DNA of 64,000 nucleotides, taken from contig OX597828.1 in NCBI GenBank assembly GCA_951406725.2, positions 18,166,001-18,230,000 of the forward strand, written 5' to 3'. The position numbers and the translations under genes are program-made. Shown piece after piece: positions 28,220-41,531 of the stretch. Positions within the stretch are counted from its first letter, which is position 1, and the number at the start of each line of letters is the position of its first letter. The stretch comes from Octopus vulgaris (lineage: Eukaryota). The notes below the pieces were generated by a model. It ran no database searches. It had not been told where the DNA came from and saw only the letters and a list, made by a program, of their open reading frames with translations.

Positions 28220-28410
28220 CAGTTGATAAATAGGGGGAGGGGGTTCTTCGTATCTGAAGCTCACGAGGGAGAACATCACACCCTCCTTGATGCTGTAGAG
28301 CTTTTCTTTCTGCTGGCGCTTTGTGGGTTTACAGTAAAAGTTGGGTTTGGAAGCGCTTCGGCATATTTGGAGGGAATCCCACTGTATTTTCTAAGATTTC
28401 TATATCAATG
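28220..28410 (-). mobile_element. Highly decayed LINE reverse-transcriptase fragment (RTE-like)
   Basis: Frameshifted translation LRKYSGIPSKY...LYSIKEGV...PLFI resembles the YGIP.K and GVRQG..LSPLLF RT regions. Weak match. Confidence 0.3.
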
Positions 28411-28511
28411 GATATCATACATTTACATGTGTAAAAACTTACACACATACATACATGCATACATACATACATGCATACATACATAAATACATGCATATAT
28501 ACATAAATGAT

Positions 28512-28713
28512 ATGATGGCTGCCTCTTCGTTATCGAGTATGGCCATTGCATGAAGCTTAACTGTTATTGGTGCTGTGACCGAATGTGACTTTATAGCACA
28601 GCTAAAGATCTACTATATCTTCTACATAATTGGCAGTTAAAACCTTCGGCAATAGCCAGCTGTAGTTGTAACAGGGCTTCATGTACCTTTGCATGTCGTT
28701 TAAACATAAACGA
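28512..28713 (-). mobile_element. RTE-type LINE 3' end with C-terminal zinc-finger-like motif, set in (CATA)n
   Basis: FNCQLCRRYSRSLAVL*SHIRSQH. The tail gcaatggccatactcgataacgaagaggcagcca is shared with 35650-35685. Confidence 0.6.
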
Positions 28714-30069
28714 CATACATACATGCATACATACATACATACATACATACATACATACATACATACATACATACATACATACATACATACATGCATACAT
28801 ACATACATACATAAATGCATACATACATACATGCATACATAGATACATGCATACACACATTCATACATACATATTTACATACATACATGCATAGTACATG
28901 ACTGAATGCATACATCCGTCTATACATACACACATGCATACATACATAACTGAATGCCTAACACAGACAGCTACATGTGCACGCATGCATATGCAAGTAA
29001 ACACACATTTGTATTCGCCCAATTTGATCTCACTCTTTAGACTTGGACGTTCGACCGCAGTGGCTTAGTGGGTTACTATGGCTCCGGTTACCAACAAGCT
29101 GTAGGTTTTACATTGGCGTGGCCTACTGGAGAATTCTACATAACCTGGAGTTGCTGGAAAGATATGGAAGGTGAGTACCGGACTACCTGAGAGACATCAC
29201 TCGATGATTTCCTGCCGAGGTTAACTCCTCGCAAGGCAGTAAGAATTTGTGTTTGGTGTTTCTTCCATAACATGTTAATTAATCCATAGCTTGGATCCTG
29301 ATAAGTGCTACATCTTCGAGTCAAGATGGACTTGGGAACAATACTGACGACAAAGTGGCGTTACAAAACTGAAAAGCTTGGAACTCCCGTACCAGGACTC
29401 CGCTGCAGGATGCGGTTTACAGCACACCCCAAAATATTTTATAACAGCAGCCGATCATAAAATCAAAATCTCTTCCTAAAGATATCAATACATAAAAATG
29501 TTTTCCTTTACCTCCCTAGAAGATGTCTTTCTTTGTATTCTATGCTTTTCTATGAAGGGTTAATACTGCTCTCACCTAAATCCTACTCCTGATGTAACCC
29601 CGATAAATATATTAACCAAGATATTTCTCCAAAGTGAATCCTTTTATTCCGGTGCTCGAAAACTAACCCTTGTATTTCTTGTTAACTTACCCCTCATCTC
29701 CATTTCTCTCTGTCGACTCCCAACAAATTTTGAATGAATTTCATAATAATTATCTTCCAGTCGGCTTCTCTCTTTCGACAATATACTGTATATACGCAGA
29801 GATGTATGCGTGTATACGTACATGGACATATGCGTGTACATATGGATGGCTGATTATGCATTTACTTACGTATGTATAAACGCATTTACGTATGTATATG
29901 TGTGCACGTATGGATGAATGTATACATTCAGTCACGTAGGTATGCATGCAAATGTATGGCATTCATTGATATCATAGAAATCTCGGAACACAATGGTGGA
30001 ATTCTCTCCAAATATGGCAAAGTGTTTCCAAAATCTTTCCTGTATGTGTTAAATTTCGCAGAATATTTT

Positions 30070-30114
30070 TATTATCCTTATCATTATCATTGCATTCTTC
30101 GTTATTATTGTTAT

Positions 30115-30152
<38 letters not shown>

Positions 30153-30257
30153 TTATTGTTATTGTCGTTGTTGCTGTTCTCATATTATCATCACCGTCAC
30201 CATCATCATCGTCGTCGTCGTCGTTGTCGTCGTTATCCCACCACCACTACAACAACA

Positions 30258-30290
<33 letters not shown>

Positions 30291-30427
30291 GCTGCTGCTG
30301 CTGTCAGTATTAGTGGTAATATTTATAATTTTGTACATCTCCTCACCATCATCGTCCTCCTCATCATCATTATCATTAACATCATTACTATCAACAACAT
30401 CAGCAGCAGTGGCAGCCGCATGATCGC

Positions 30428-30471
<44 letters not shown>

Positions 30472-30843
30472 ACACCGTCATCATCATCATCGTCGTCGTA
30501 GTCATTGACTTCATCATCATCATCATCATCATCATTGTAGTCATTGACATCATAATTACCATTCGCCGTCGTCGACATCACCACCACCAGCATCACCACC
30601 GCCGCCACCAACATCATCGTTGTCATCATCATCATCATCATCATCATCGCCACCATCATCACGATCGATATTCATCGACTTCATCTCCCAGTAACAATGG
30701 AAACCGAAACACATTTTATATTGGAATTCTCATTAAACTAAATATAATATTTAGAAATAGATTCAACTTTAATAACGATATTACGTTATCACTGCATTCC
30801 GTATTGTATTTATAATAATAATAAAAATAATAACAATGATAGT

Positions 30844-30902
<59 letters not shown>

Positions 30903-30977
30903 TATTTTAGTTTAATAATAATAATAATAATAATAGTTTGATAGTAATAATGATAATGATGGTGATGATATTAATAA

Positions 30978-31053
<76 letters not shown>

Positions 31054-31128
31054 TATTTTAGTTTAATAATAATAATAATAATAGTTTGATAGTAATAATG
31101 ATAATGATGGTGATGATGATATTAATAA

Positions 31129-31208
<80 letters not shown>

Positions 31209-31210
31209 TT
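30070..31210. repeat. Long compound trinucleotide microsatellite (TAT/TAC/CAT/CGT/CAC, then AAT) with an internal duplication of about 150 bp
   Basis: Read directly; the block attattttagtttaataat...gatagtaataatgataatgatggtgatgat occurs at about 30901 and 31052. Confidence 0.95.
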
Positions 31211-31936
31211 TAGTTATGATAACTATGAACGTCAATAAATTTGACGTTACTATACTCTGACACGTGAGATCAACGCGGTTTAGAGATTAGAATATATATT
31301 GCTTTTATGAATTACTTGTAGCAATACGTAGTAATAGGTTATAACGGTTGTTCATCGTTATTATTGATATAAATCAAATCACTGAAAATTATAGTTATAT
31401 TATATTTACTTTGAGAAATTACACTTAATAATATCAAGATTTGAGTATTTCTCAGTCTATATTTTCCGATGTTTCTGATGTATTAAATGAAGGATTCTGA
31501 CATTTCTACAAGGCGTGCTACATATTTGAAATAGAATGTCTAGTCGATTTAATTGCCTTACTGTGAATTATTTTCGTTTTTACTTTTCAGTAGCCCCCAT
31601 CCCCTCGGGTTGTGAGGAGATGAAATGCATTGTCGACTCCGTACAAGATTTGATTGAAGTCTGAAGTTAGAACATGAAAGGTACCTAAATAAATAATGTA
31701 AAATCTCTCCCCGCCACCAGCCGCTGTTCTCCGGAATCTTCTTGCCACAGCCTTTTATATTCTTTAATAATACGAAGCGTTAGAAATGGCTTTATTTTCT
31801 TATAACGTCAACAGCCGATAACAGCCTTCGGATCTGTTGCGTAGTCCAGGTCAGCCTCGATCGAATGCGTTCTAACAGTGACCATCCTGTCTTTTGAAAT
31901 CTAATTTATTTTAAACAACAATACGTGGCTGTGTTG

Positions 31937-31973
<37 letters not shown>

Positions 31974-32451
31974 ACTTTGTTATTTTTGTCATCTTTACTT
32001 TGTTATCTCCCCTACTTTTAACTCTCTTGTGTGACCCTTCTGTCAAGCATTATCGCCATGATAGATCGTTTGCCACTACACAAATTTTTTTTCTCTCCCT
32101 GTTCTTCTCCTCGTTTTTTTTTCTGTGTCCCTTTCTGTAGAAGAGCGTAGGCTCGAAACGGAAAAGACCTTTTCTATTCCTGAGCGTTATACTAATACAT
32201 ATACTATATATATACTATATATATATGTATATAATCTTTTGTTTTATTCTTTTACTAGTTTCAGTCATTTGACTGCGGCAATACTAGAGTACCGCCTTTA
32301 GTCGAGCAAGAATAATACATCTTGCAGTCGTTATTGTTGTTGTTGTTGTTGTTATTGATTAGCCCTAGGTCACCGCTCTTCGAGCAGAATTTTGATCTAG
32401 GGACATTGAAGTCACGACTAAAGTATATTTTGCAATAGATACGTCATCCGG

Positions 32452-33014
32452 AAGGCAGCGAGCTGGTAGAATCGTTAGCACACTGGTGGAAATGCGTAGC
32501 GGTATTGCGTCTGCTGCTGCGTTCTGAGTTCAAATTCCGCCGAGGTCGACTTTGCCTATCATCCTTTCTGGGTCGATAAATTAAGTACCAGTTATGCACA
32601 GTGGTCGATATAATCGACTTAATCCGTTTGTCTGTCCTTCTTTGTCCTCTCTGTGTTTAGCCCCTTGTGGGTAGTAAAGAAATAGGTATTTCGTCTGCCG
32701 CTACGTTCAGAGTTCAAATTCCGCCGAGGTCGACTTTTGCCTATCATCTTTTCTGGGTCGATTAAATAAGTACCAGTTACGCACTGCAGTCGATATAATC
32801 GACTTAATCCGTTTGTCTGTCCTTGTTTTCTGGGGGTTTTTTTTCGGTCTTAGACGCAGGAGTGGCTGAGTGGTAAGTGCCTTGCTTACCAACCACATGG
32901 TTCTGGGTTCAATCCCACTGCGTGGCACCGTAGGCAAATGTCTTCTATTATAGTCTCGGACCGATCAAAGCCTTGTGTGTGGATTTGGTAGACGGAAACT
33001 AAAATAAGCCTGTC

Positions 33015-33016
<2 letters not shown>
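32452..33016 (+). mobile_element. SINE family B dimer (32452-32828) followed by a SINE family A 5' half (32851-33016)
   Basis: Direct similarity to other copies in the window. Confidence 0.85.
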
Positions 33017-33063
<47 letters not shown>

Positions 33064-33381
33064 TGTGTGTGTGTGTACGTGTGTATGTTTGTGTGTTCTG
33101 CTCGATGATACAATGCGCAGCCAAATATCGAACCCACATCCTTACGATAATAAGCCGAGTACGCTAACCACCGAGGCAAGTAAATTCATTTGTCTTTTCC
33201 TACCTCTTTGCAAACATACACACATGCACCACACACGCATACACATATATATACACACATAGTGCATACATATACAAACCCACACATATATATAATGTAT
33301 ATATACATACAATTATACATAAATGTGTGTGTCCATGTATATATATAAACAGAGACATATAGAAGCTTTCATATGTATGTG

Positions 33382-33442
<61 letters not shown>

Positions 33443-33818
33443 GCATGCATACGTACATGCATGCATGCATACATACATACATGCTTTGATTCTTCTTCGT
33501 TTCATCTTCAGCAAGCAACAGGTTTGCTTTATTTTATAATGACAATTCGAAAGCCGTAACAATATAATTAACAATGCGGCCATGAAACGTGAAGATATTA
33601 GCGAGTTGCAGGTGGCATCTTGCTATGGATATTTATTTACAAGTGTAGCTAATGGTTTTAGTTGTTGTGGATACATACTCTTCATGCTAATCAGTACAAA
33701 ATTGCTTTGTAATTATCACTGTTAAAGACCACTGTTAGAAAATCTGCAGTTAAAAAAAAAAACAAAAAAACATTGAAAGACTAACAATAGAAATAGCAGC
33801 AGCGATAACAACAACAAC

Positions 33819-33880
<62 letters not shown>

Positions 33881-34467
33881 TGATGATGATGATGATGATG
33901 ATTTTTAAAAAAAATATATCTCGTGTGTCGAAACGAGTTTTAGCTAAGAACATTATAGGATATAGCAGCAGTATAAAAGAAAGTGTGTTTTTGTGTTGAT
34001 TGTAAAATCACTCACTTTCTAAACTGCATTATGATAATGAACAACAAAAGATCCGTGACTGCAGTACTATTTTTAATGAGTATAATTCCACTGTTATAAA
34101 GGCAACATGCAAATGAGAGTAGTCTCCGCAGAAATAACTCCATAAAAGGAAGTACTTTGCAGGAAGAACGATGATGAAAATTATGACACTTTCTCAAGTT
34201 GAAATTTGCATAATTGAACATAAGAAAGTCAAATCATGTGAATTTGAATAAAGATTATTGATGGCGATCAATGCCAAAAGAAGACATGGATTAAAAATAA
34301 ATAGACAGCGTCGTAATTTGTTAGGCTAGAAGAGAGTTGCGGAGAATACTTTCCAAGACCGTAGTGACTAAAGTTCTTGTGAATTTTTATGGTGGTACTG
34401 GAAGTGTATAAGAAAAATATATATAAGTACATATATATATATATATATATATGCTCGGGAGTGACTA

Positions 34468-34632
34468 TAGGCACGGGAGTGGCTGTGTGGTAAGTACCTT
34501 GCTTACCAACCATATGGTTCCGCGTTCAGACCTGCTTCGTGATACCTTGGGTAAGTGCCTTCTTGTATAGCCTCGGGTCGACCAAATACGTGTGAGTGAA
34601 TTTGATAGACGGAAACTGAAAGAAGCCAGTCT

Positions 34633-34721
<89 letters not shown>

Positions 34722-34900
34722 GTGCCTGTCCTCCCACCAACCGATGTTGATGTGTTTACGTCCCCTGTAACTTAGCTCTTCGGCCAGAGAGCGGGCGATA
34801 GAATAAGTACTAGGCTTACAAAGAATAGGTCCTACGCTCGATTTCTTCAATGCGGTGCTCCAGCATGGACACAGTCAAATGACTGAAACAAATAAAAGAA
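34468..34900 (+). mobile_element. SINE family A with an expanded internal (TA)n(TG)n tract
   Basis: Head and tail align with 16249 and 39881. Confidence 0.85.
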
Positions 34901-34912
34901 TATATATACATA

Positions 34913-35281
34913 CAAGCAAAACGTCCCCCGTCCAATGGACGTTGCTGAATTGTCAAACATTTAAACCGAATTTTCTCAAAAGAGCTTGTCCGACCGTCCT
35001 ATAGGCCTCCCCTTTGAGAAACACTGATTTAAATTAAATTTGAGACACCACCAAAAGAAGAAATAAAGATAGCCGTTTTTCTATTCCAAAGAAAAACGAT
35101 TTTCCACGACTTTATCGATCACATTCTCACCTGGAAGCGATTTAAAAAATTTGTTCAAGACTTATACACGCCAAGACACCGTCGGTATCTACACATCAAA
35201 TTTGAGCGCAATCGGATGGAGGATGCCCGAGATCCTAGAAGACATACACACAGACAGACAGAACAGATTTTATATTAGAGA
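34913..35281 (-). mobile_element. Non-autonomous Helitron
   Basis: Minus strand reads A|TCTCTAATATAAAA, has a (TCTG)n tract and subterminal hairpin CGTCCA-T-TGGACG, and ends CTTG|T (CTAG-like). Confidence 0.6.
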
Positions 35282-35399
35282 TAAAGATACTCACCTATGT
35301 ACACACAACACATACAAACACGACCACACATACAATGTCTTAAGGATGTATCATGCGCGGGGACATAGAAATAATCGAACTGAATACCCGATCGCGCGG

Positions 35400-35690
35400 T
35401 TAAACCAGTGAAGGACTCCTAGCCTTTGTTAGGGCATCCTTCTATGAGAAGGTAACTCAGGTAACTGGGATAACTCCGACATAAAACCTGCGGCTCAGTG
35501 GTTACCAATGATGTTGACTTGTTCTTCTTTTCGGATTATGACTGTTGTTGCTTAGTGAGTGGGATTGACTCAGTGCACAGCCTTTCCTCACTTAAAAAAA
35601 CATCTTCTTGCACAGGCAATGCATGATAACAACATTGATTAAGTTTCGTGCAATGGCCATACTCGATAACGAGGGGGCAGCCACCATGTA
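35400..35690 (+). mobile_element. Non-autonomous retroposon with an RTE-type tail
   Basis: The last 35-40 bp match the LINE tail at 28512-28550 and are followed by (TATG)n. Confidence 0.5.
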
Positions 35691-36008
35691 TGTATATATG
35701 TATGTATGTATCTTTTACCTTTCGACTATGTTATTGAATTGCATTGCGAATCATGCTGGAGAACCACACTGAAGTATTCAAGTGGAACAGATCGACCAGA
35801 GTTCGTATAGTTTTTCAAGTATTGTACATACTGTATCGGTGACTTATGTTGAACTGCTAATTTAGTGGAATGTAAACAAACCAATACTGGCTATCAAGCG
35901 ATGTGGTGGTGTCGAACACACACACACACACACATACTCGCGCTGTAATTTTTATATGTGTGTGTGCGCGTGAGGTACTTTAACACAGTTTCTGCCGATG
36001 TACTATTA

Positions 36009-36134
36009 AAAACTATCTTATTTTATCGCTCACCCAGAAGTGGAAAGCAACGAGTTTGCACTTTAACATCAACTCCAAGGCTGGAGAAATAGGCTTAATG
36101 TGTGCAGCAGAAAGGACTTTGCCAATGTCACCAA
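36009..36134 (+). pseudogene. Diverged inverted copy of the 5' part of candidate exon 38823-39017
   Basis: Ungapped alignment of about 114 bp at roughly 75-80% identity (by eye). Acceptor CAG is changed to CAC and there is an in-frame TAA (PEVESNEFAL*HQLQGWRNRLNVCSRKDFANVTK). Confidence 0.6.
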
Positions 36135-36633
36135 AACTGGTCGCCCCAGAGCATAAGTAGCAGATACAAGCTCATGGTACCGCGCAATGAGACCGAACCC
36201 AAATTTACGAGGCTGCAAAGCGAGTTGCTTAACCACACAGCCATGCTTGCACGTACCAATAACCGTGTGAAAAATGAGTGCACAGTGAGTGAGTTCAAGT
36301 GAACTGAAGTCTTAATACGAAAGATAAAACGAAGGTCTTCTTGATATGCTTAATGTTGCCTGAAAGAGATGGTGGGAAAGATAAGAAAGACAAAAGCACA
36401 GATTGACCCTAAATAGAACTGACAATAAGCATATTAGATGAGAGCAACGAGGGCTTTAGATGTTGCGATTGAAGAATCAAATAGATGATGCAGCGCTTTT
36501 ATAAGCCAAAGGTTATCACAAGTCAAAATCGTCAATATTTGTCAATGAGTTCAATGGTATTGTTTTCTATACCATCCAGAAAAGTTGTGCATGTTTAGCA
36601 ACAATACAATATATGTATGTATATATATATATA

Positions 36634-36672
<39 letters not shown>

Positions 36673-36935
36673 ACACATATATATATATATATATATGAAG
36701 TAGTGGTACGCGAAGTACCATTAATTGCTGGAAATATATACAAATATATATTTATATAATGTATGTAAGTGTAAAGATATATATACATACGTATGTATGT
36801 AAATATTCAATTTTTGTAGTACATTTTAGTTAAATATTCGACCCACGTATATATCTCATTCGGTACCCTGAATTCCCTCATATCTTATTTGTATTATTCT
36901 GTACAAGTGTTTATATATATATATATAAATGCGTT

Positions 36936-36982
<47 letters not shown>

Positions 36983-37225
36983 ATATAGATATAGATATAG
37001 ATATAGATATAGATTACAGATGTAGAAAGCTCTCCAAAAAAGTTAATAGGGACATTTTTTTAAATCTCCCCACCTGAGTTAACAAACAACTTACTAAATC
37101 TATGAATTAAAATTTATATTACTAAAGAATCTTTAAAAATGTTAAATTTAACTGATTAGAACTACAAGTGAAGTCATTCTTTTTCGCAAGTATAACCAAC
37201 TGTACTAAGGATCTCACACATTTTG

Positions 37226-37338
<113 letters not shown>

Positions 37339-37619
37339 AAAGCTTCAAACTCTTCATACTTCTCATTTTTCTTATCAATTTTGTGCTTTACACTCTAACT
37401 AGCAAAGAAATATACTGAATCATCGGATCGTAGTTAAAGGAAAATTACCAAAAAAAAAAAAAAAAAAAAAAAACGCACCATCAGAAGGAACTAGCCTTGG
37501 TATTTTATTCAGAGAAATTCGTTATCTGCCTGGATATTATATACCTCCTCTTACTTTATATATATATATATTTACACACACACACACACACACACACATA
37601 CACACACACAAACACACAC

Positions 37620-37659
<40 letters not shown>

Positions 37660-37789
37660 GTACTTTATTTAAAAGCAGCAGAAATTTAACAAAAGCTGTT
37701 ACTCGGAGTTTCACGTTTCCGTTCGTCGGCCAGTCTGGTATTTGAGTACTCTTTTTTCCACCTTGTTTCACATTTATGTGTTTACTCTG

Positions 37790-37853
<64 letters not shown>

Positions 37854-38069
37854 GCCTTTATGTGTGTGCGAGCACCCACGTCTGCACGGATGCGGTTCTA
37901 ACTGAAATTCTATAGAGATTTAGACGGAAGAAGTATTAACAGCTCTTATTGTTAGTAAAATGGTACACACGTATCTAAAAAGTATTTTAGTAATAACGAC
38001 AGAGGAAGTCGTTAATGGATATCCATCGAATCCAGTGCGTATTTATTAGACTCTAAAAGAGATGAATTT

Positions 38070-38565
38070 CTTAGCTGTATTTCGTGTCGTTATGCTCTGA
38101 GTTCAAATTCCACCGAGGTCGACTTTGCCTTTCATCTTTCCGGGGTCGATAAATTAAGTAACAGGTTGCGTACTGGGGTCGATCTAATCAACTGGCCCCT
38201 TCCCTCCGAAAAATTTTCGGGCCTTGTACCTAGAGTCAACAGAATATCTTTTGTCTTCTTATATTCTGACGGTAGCACTTATGATTACACCGTCGCCAAT
38301 CTATAGCGACGTGGAGGCACGTAACTTAGTAGGAAAAGTGTTGGACTCGTGATCGTAAGAATGTGGTTTCGATTCGTGGACCGAGCGACGCGTTGTGTTC
38401 TTAAGCAAAAGCACTTCATTTCATATTGCTCTAGTCCATTCAGCTGGTTTAAAATGGGTAATCCTGCGACGGACCGACATCCCGTCAAGGTGCGGAATAT
38501 ATATATACCATGGAAACTGAGAAACTGGCCCCTGTGTGTCTGTAGGACTCGGGAAGGAAAAACAA
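38070..38565 (+). mobile_element. SINE family B fragment (38070-38245) and SINE family C (38311-38565)
   Basis: Similarity to other copies in the window. Confidence 0.8.
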
Positions 38566-38822
38566 ATGATAAAACAGAAAATCTATATCATTCCAAGTTG
38601 GCAAATTTTCTTTTGGATAAACATGAGTGGCGCGGGGAGAGGAGCCTCGCATGCATGTGTGACTTAAAACAAAAACATGTCTTTCCTAGGCCTGTACATG
38701 AAAGCACAGGAGCGTGATGGAACGAGACCGACGTGAGCCCAACATAATGAAATGCTAAATCCCTTTGCAACTTGATGTTGAAATCGGAATATAAAGGATC
38801 AAAATTATATAGAGTAATATAC

Positions 38823-39017
38823 TTTAGTTTCCTTCTCTACTGCTTCCACTATGACTTCACTGTATTTCCGCAGTAAACTTAATCCGTTAATCGCTTTAAC
38901 ATTGTCATCTGGTCCCTTGGTGACATTGGTAAAGTTCATTCTGCTGCAAACATTCAGCCCAGTTCTCCAGTCTTGGAGTTTCCGGTAAGGTTCAAGGCCG
39001 TTGCCTTCCGCTTCTGG
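38823..39017 (-). CDS. Candidate 195-nt phase 0-0 coding exon, product unknown (alternatively an old RTE RT remnant)
   Basis: Acceptor tgtttttgtttttatcactcag, 65 stop-free codons PEAEGNGLEPYRKLQDWRTGLNVCSRMNFTNVTKGPDDNVKAINGLSLLRKYSEVIVEAVEKETK, and a weak donor AAA|GTATAT. Confidence 0.4.
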
Positions 39018-39880
39018 CTGAGTGATAAAAACAAAAACATAATAGTTTTTCTAACGTTACGTAAAGTGTTTATTTACTTAATTAGTACAGAAACCCTAAG
39101 ATATAGAGGAGAGAGAGAGAGAAAGAGAGAAAGACAGAGACTGGGAAGCTGTGATTACACATGGTTGATGACATATAAATATGTTTATCAACCATTAAAT
39201 CGACCTCCGAGGGAACGAAAAATAAATTTAGCATCTTAGCCTCAGAAGAACTTTGGTGCAGAACCTAGTGGATCGAAACTAATCACTGCCATACATGTTA
39301 ATCCTGTTTTGGTGTTCTTCCCATTTCTGTGTGCCTTACATCACCCTCCTTCCATCCTCTACCCCTTCTCCTTCTCCTCCTCCTCCTCCTCCTGCTTCTG
39401 CTTCTCCACCTTATCTTCCTCCCCCGTCTTTATCTCCAGCTCAATCTTGGTCGTTCAAGCCTCTTTTGAAGGATTTTCGTTCACGAGTGACTTGCCTATT
39501 TTGTTTTCTAGACTACATTATCCAATGTGATTGTATTATCAAGTAGCTTGTGATTTAGAAATGACAAAACTTCGAGAGTTTAACTGTTATTTCTAGTATG
39601 TCAGACGTCAATGTAACGGTTCCCTGCCTTCGCTGAGATCAGCACCCTCTGCCGCTTTCGTTGTTGTCGATGGAGTGCAGTTGTCGTTCTTCCTGTTCCT
39701 CTTCATTTTGCTGCTGTTGTTTATTACTCCAGCTCAGTACACTTCGAGCTGAAACCTATGATAAAAGACGTTCCAGTCGTGGCAATCCAGTCTTTCATTT
39801 TAATTATTCATTTAGTTTTATTGTTTTATATCAAATTATTTATTTATATTTTATATCAATTTATGTATCTATTTAACTCA

Positions 39881-40048
39881 TAGGCATAGGAGTGGCTGTG
39901 TGGTAAGTAGCTTGCTTACCAGTCACATGGTTCCGGGTTCAGTCCCATTGCGTGGCACCTTGGGCGAGTGTCTTCTACTATAGCCTCGGGCCGATCAAAG
40001 CCTTGTGAGTGGATTTGGTAGACGGAAACTGAAAGAAGCCCGTCATAT

Positions 40049-40088
<40 letters not shown>

Positions 40089-40295
40089 ATGTGTTTATGT
40101 GTTTGTGTTTGTCCCCCAACATCGCTTGACAACCGATGATGGTGTGTTTACGTCCCTATACCTTAGCGGTTCGGCAAAAGCGACCGATAGAATAAGTACT
40201 AGGCTTACAAAGACTAAGTCCTGGCTTTGATTTGTTCGACTAAAGGTGGTGCTCCAGCATGGCCACAGTCACATGACTGAAACAAGTAAAAGAGT
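39881..40295 (+). mobile_element. SINE family A, full length
   Basis: Well-preserved copy with head, internal microsatellite and tail. Confidence 0.9.
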
Positions 40296-40523
40296 ATTGC
40301 TTTATTACTTTACTCTCTTACTGAAAGTGTTTTCCCATTTTTAACTCAACAGTGGCATGATTTGATTTAAATAAAAAATTTAACTGCCATTTCTAGCAGA
40401 TCAGCCGACTCTGTAGTCGTACCTTCATTCACTCAGGTTGTTATACATTTAATCCATGTAATGATCTACACTTTCTACCACTTCACCAGTCCTTAATTTC
40501 GCAAAATATTGAGCCCCTAAGCT

Positions 40524-40753
40524 TTAAGATATTTCATTATATGTTGCGTAGTGTGTGCTGTACAGTAACATGGTGTAGAGGAATCCTTTTGGTAGTTCTA
40601 ATAATGTTAATTTCTGCCTTGAGGCCGAAACGAATTTGCAATAATTCCATATTCCCCTGTTGGCTATTTGCATTGTATCGTTCATGTGATTCGAGTCGTC
40701 CTCCCATCCTATGCCATATGGTATATTGGAGTATAGCCAGGCGCACGCTACAG
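40524..40753 (-). other. Candidate exon; one frame has a claudin/PMP22/CACNG-like W...GxW..C pattern
   Basis: Acceptor atttcattatttgttacag and two open frames, one reading VACAWLYSNIPYGIGWEDDSNHMNDTMQIANRGIWNYCKF. No strong GT donor, so the 3' boundary is uncertain. Confidence 0.3.
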
Positions 40754-41216
40754 CTGTAACAAATAATGAAATATCCAAGAAATTTATTGATGAAATAATA
40801 TAATATAATATAATATAATATAATATAATATAATATAATATAAGATGAAAAAAAAAATTGTTAATTTATTACACATATTAGGCATATTCAGAACTGAAAG
40901 ATTGGTTGGTTTTAATTTGAAGTAAAGTTAATTACAGTTTAATTTCGCGTTTTTATTTCTTCAGAATCGCATCTATTCACAAGTGTCGACGCGTGGAAGC
41001 ATGAACATTGGAACTACTAAACAAAATGTGTAGTGATCCGACTCCGTACTTCATACAATACCCACTGACGGAGTCAATCCTTCCCGAAAGAGTTACCATA
41101 GCATCAACTATATTAGCTGTTTTAGTAGGTTTAGTCGTCACTCGCAAGCGAGTATAATTTGCTAGACGGAAAACTGTATGAAAGGGCATCGTGTGTGTAT
41201 GTTTACATATGTGTGT

Positions 41217-41261
<45 letters not shown>

Positions 41262-41531
41262 ACAAACATGTATTTCACCTCACTCTACAATGCATATTAA
41301 CTGCATTGCCTGGTTTGGTCGTCACTTCCAAGCGAGTATAACTCGATATTTCGTTCTCCGCTATCGCTAGTTGTTTAACATCTTTCTTACCATATTTCTG
41401 TTGAAATACTCAGCATTCGCTTCAAGTGATTTAGAAAATCGTGAAGAATATGTTAAAATAACTTCGTCATTATTAAGCAGTTATTTGGGACATATGAAAT
41501 AATTTAAAATCTGATGGACGACTTTAATCTA

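Noticed and set aside
30090-30815. 241-aa ORF with His/Ile/Leu runs, the longest in the track
   Set aside because: It is compound trinucleotide repeat, open in several frames only because of low complexity.
32120-32175. Hammerhead-like GAAGAGCGTAGGCTCGAAAC, also inverted at about 5205-5245
   Set aside because: The CUGANGA core and stem I cannot be assigned cleanly; regarded as a repeat-family end only.
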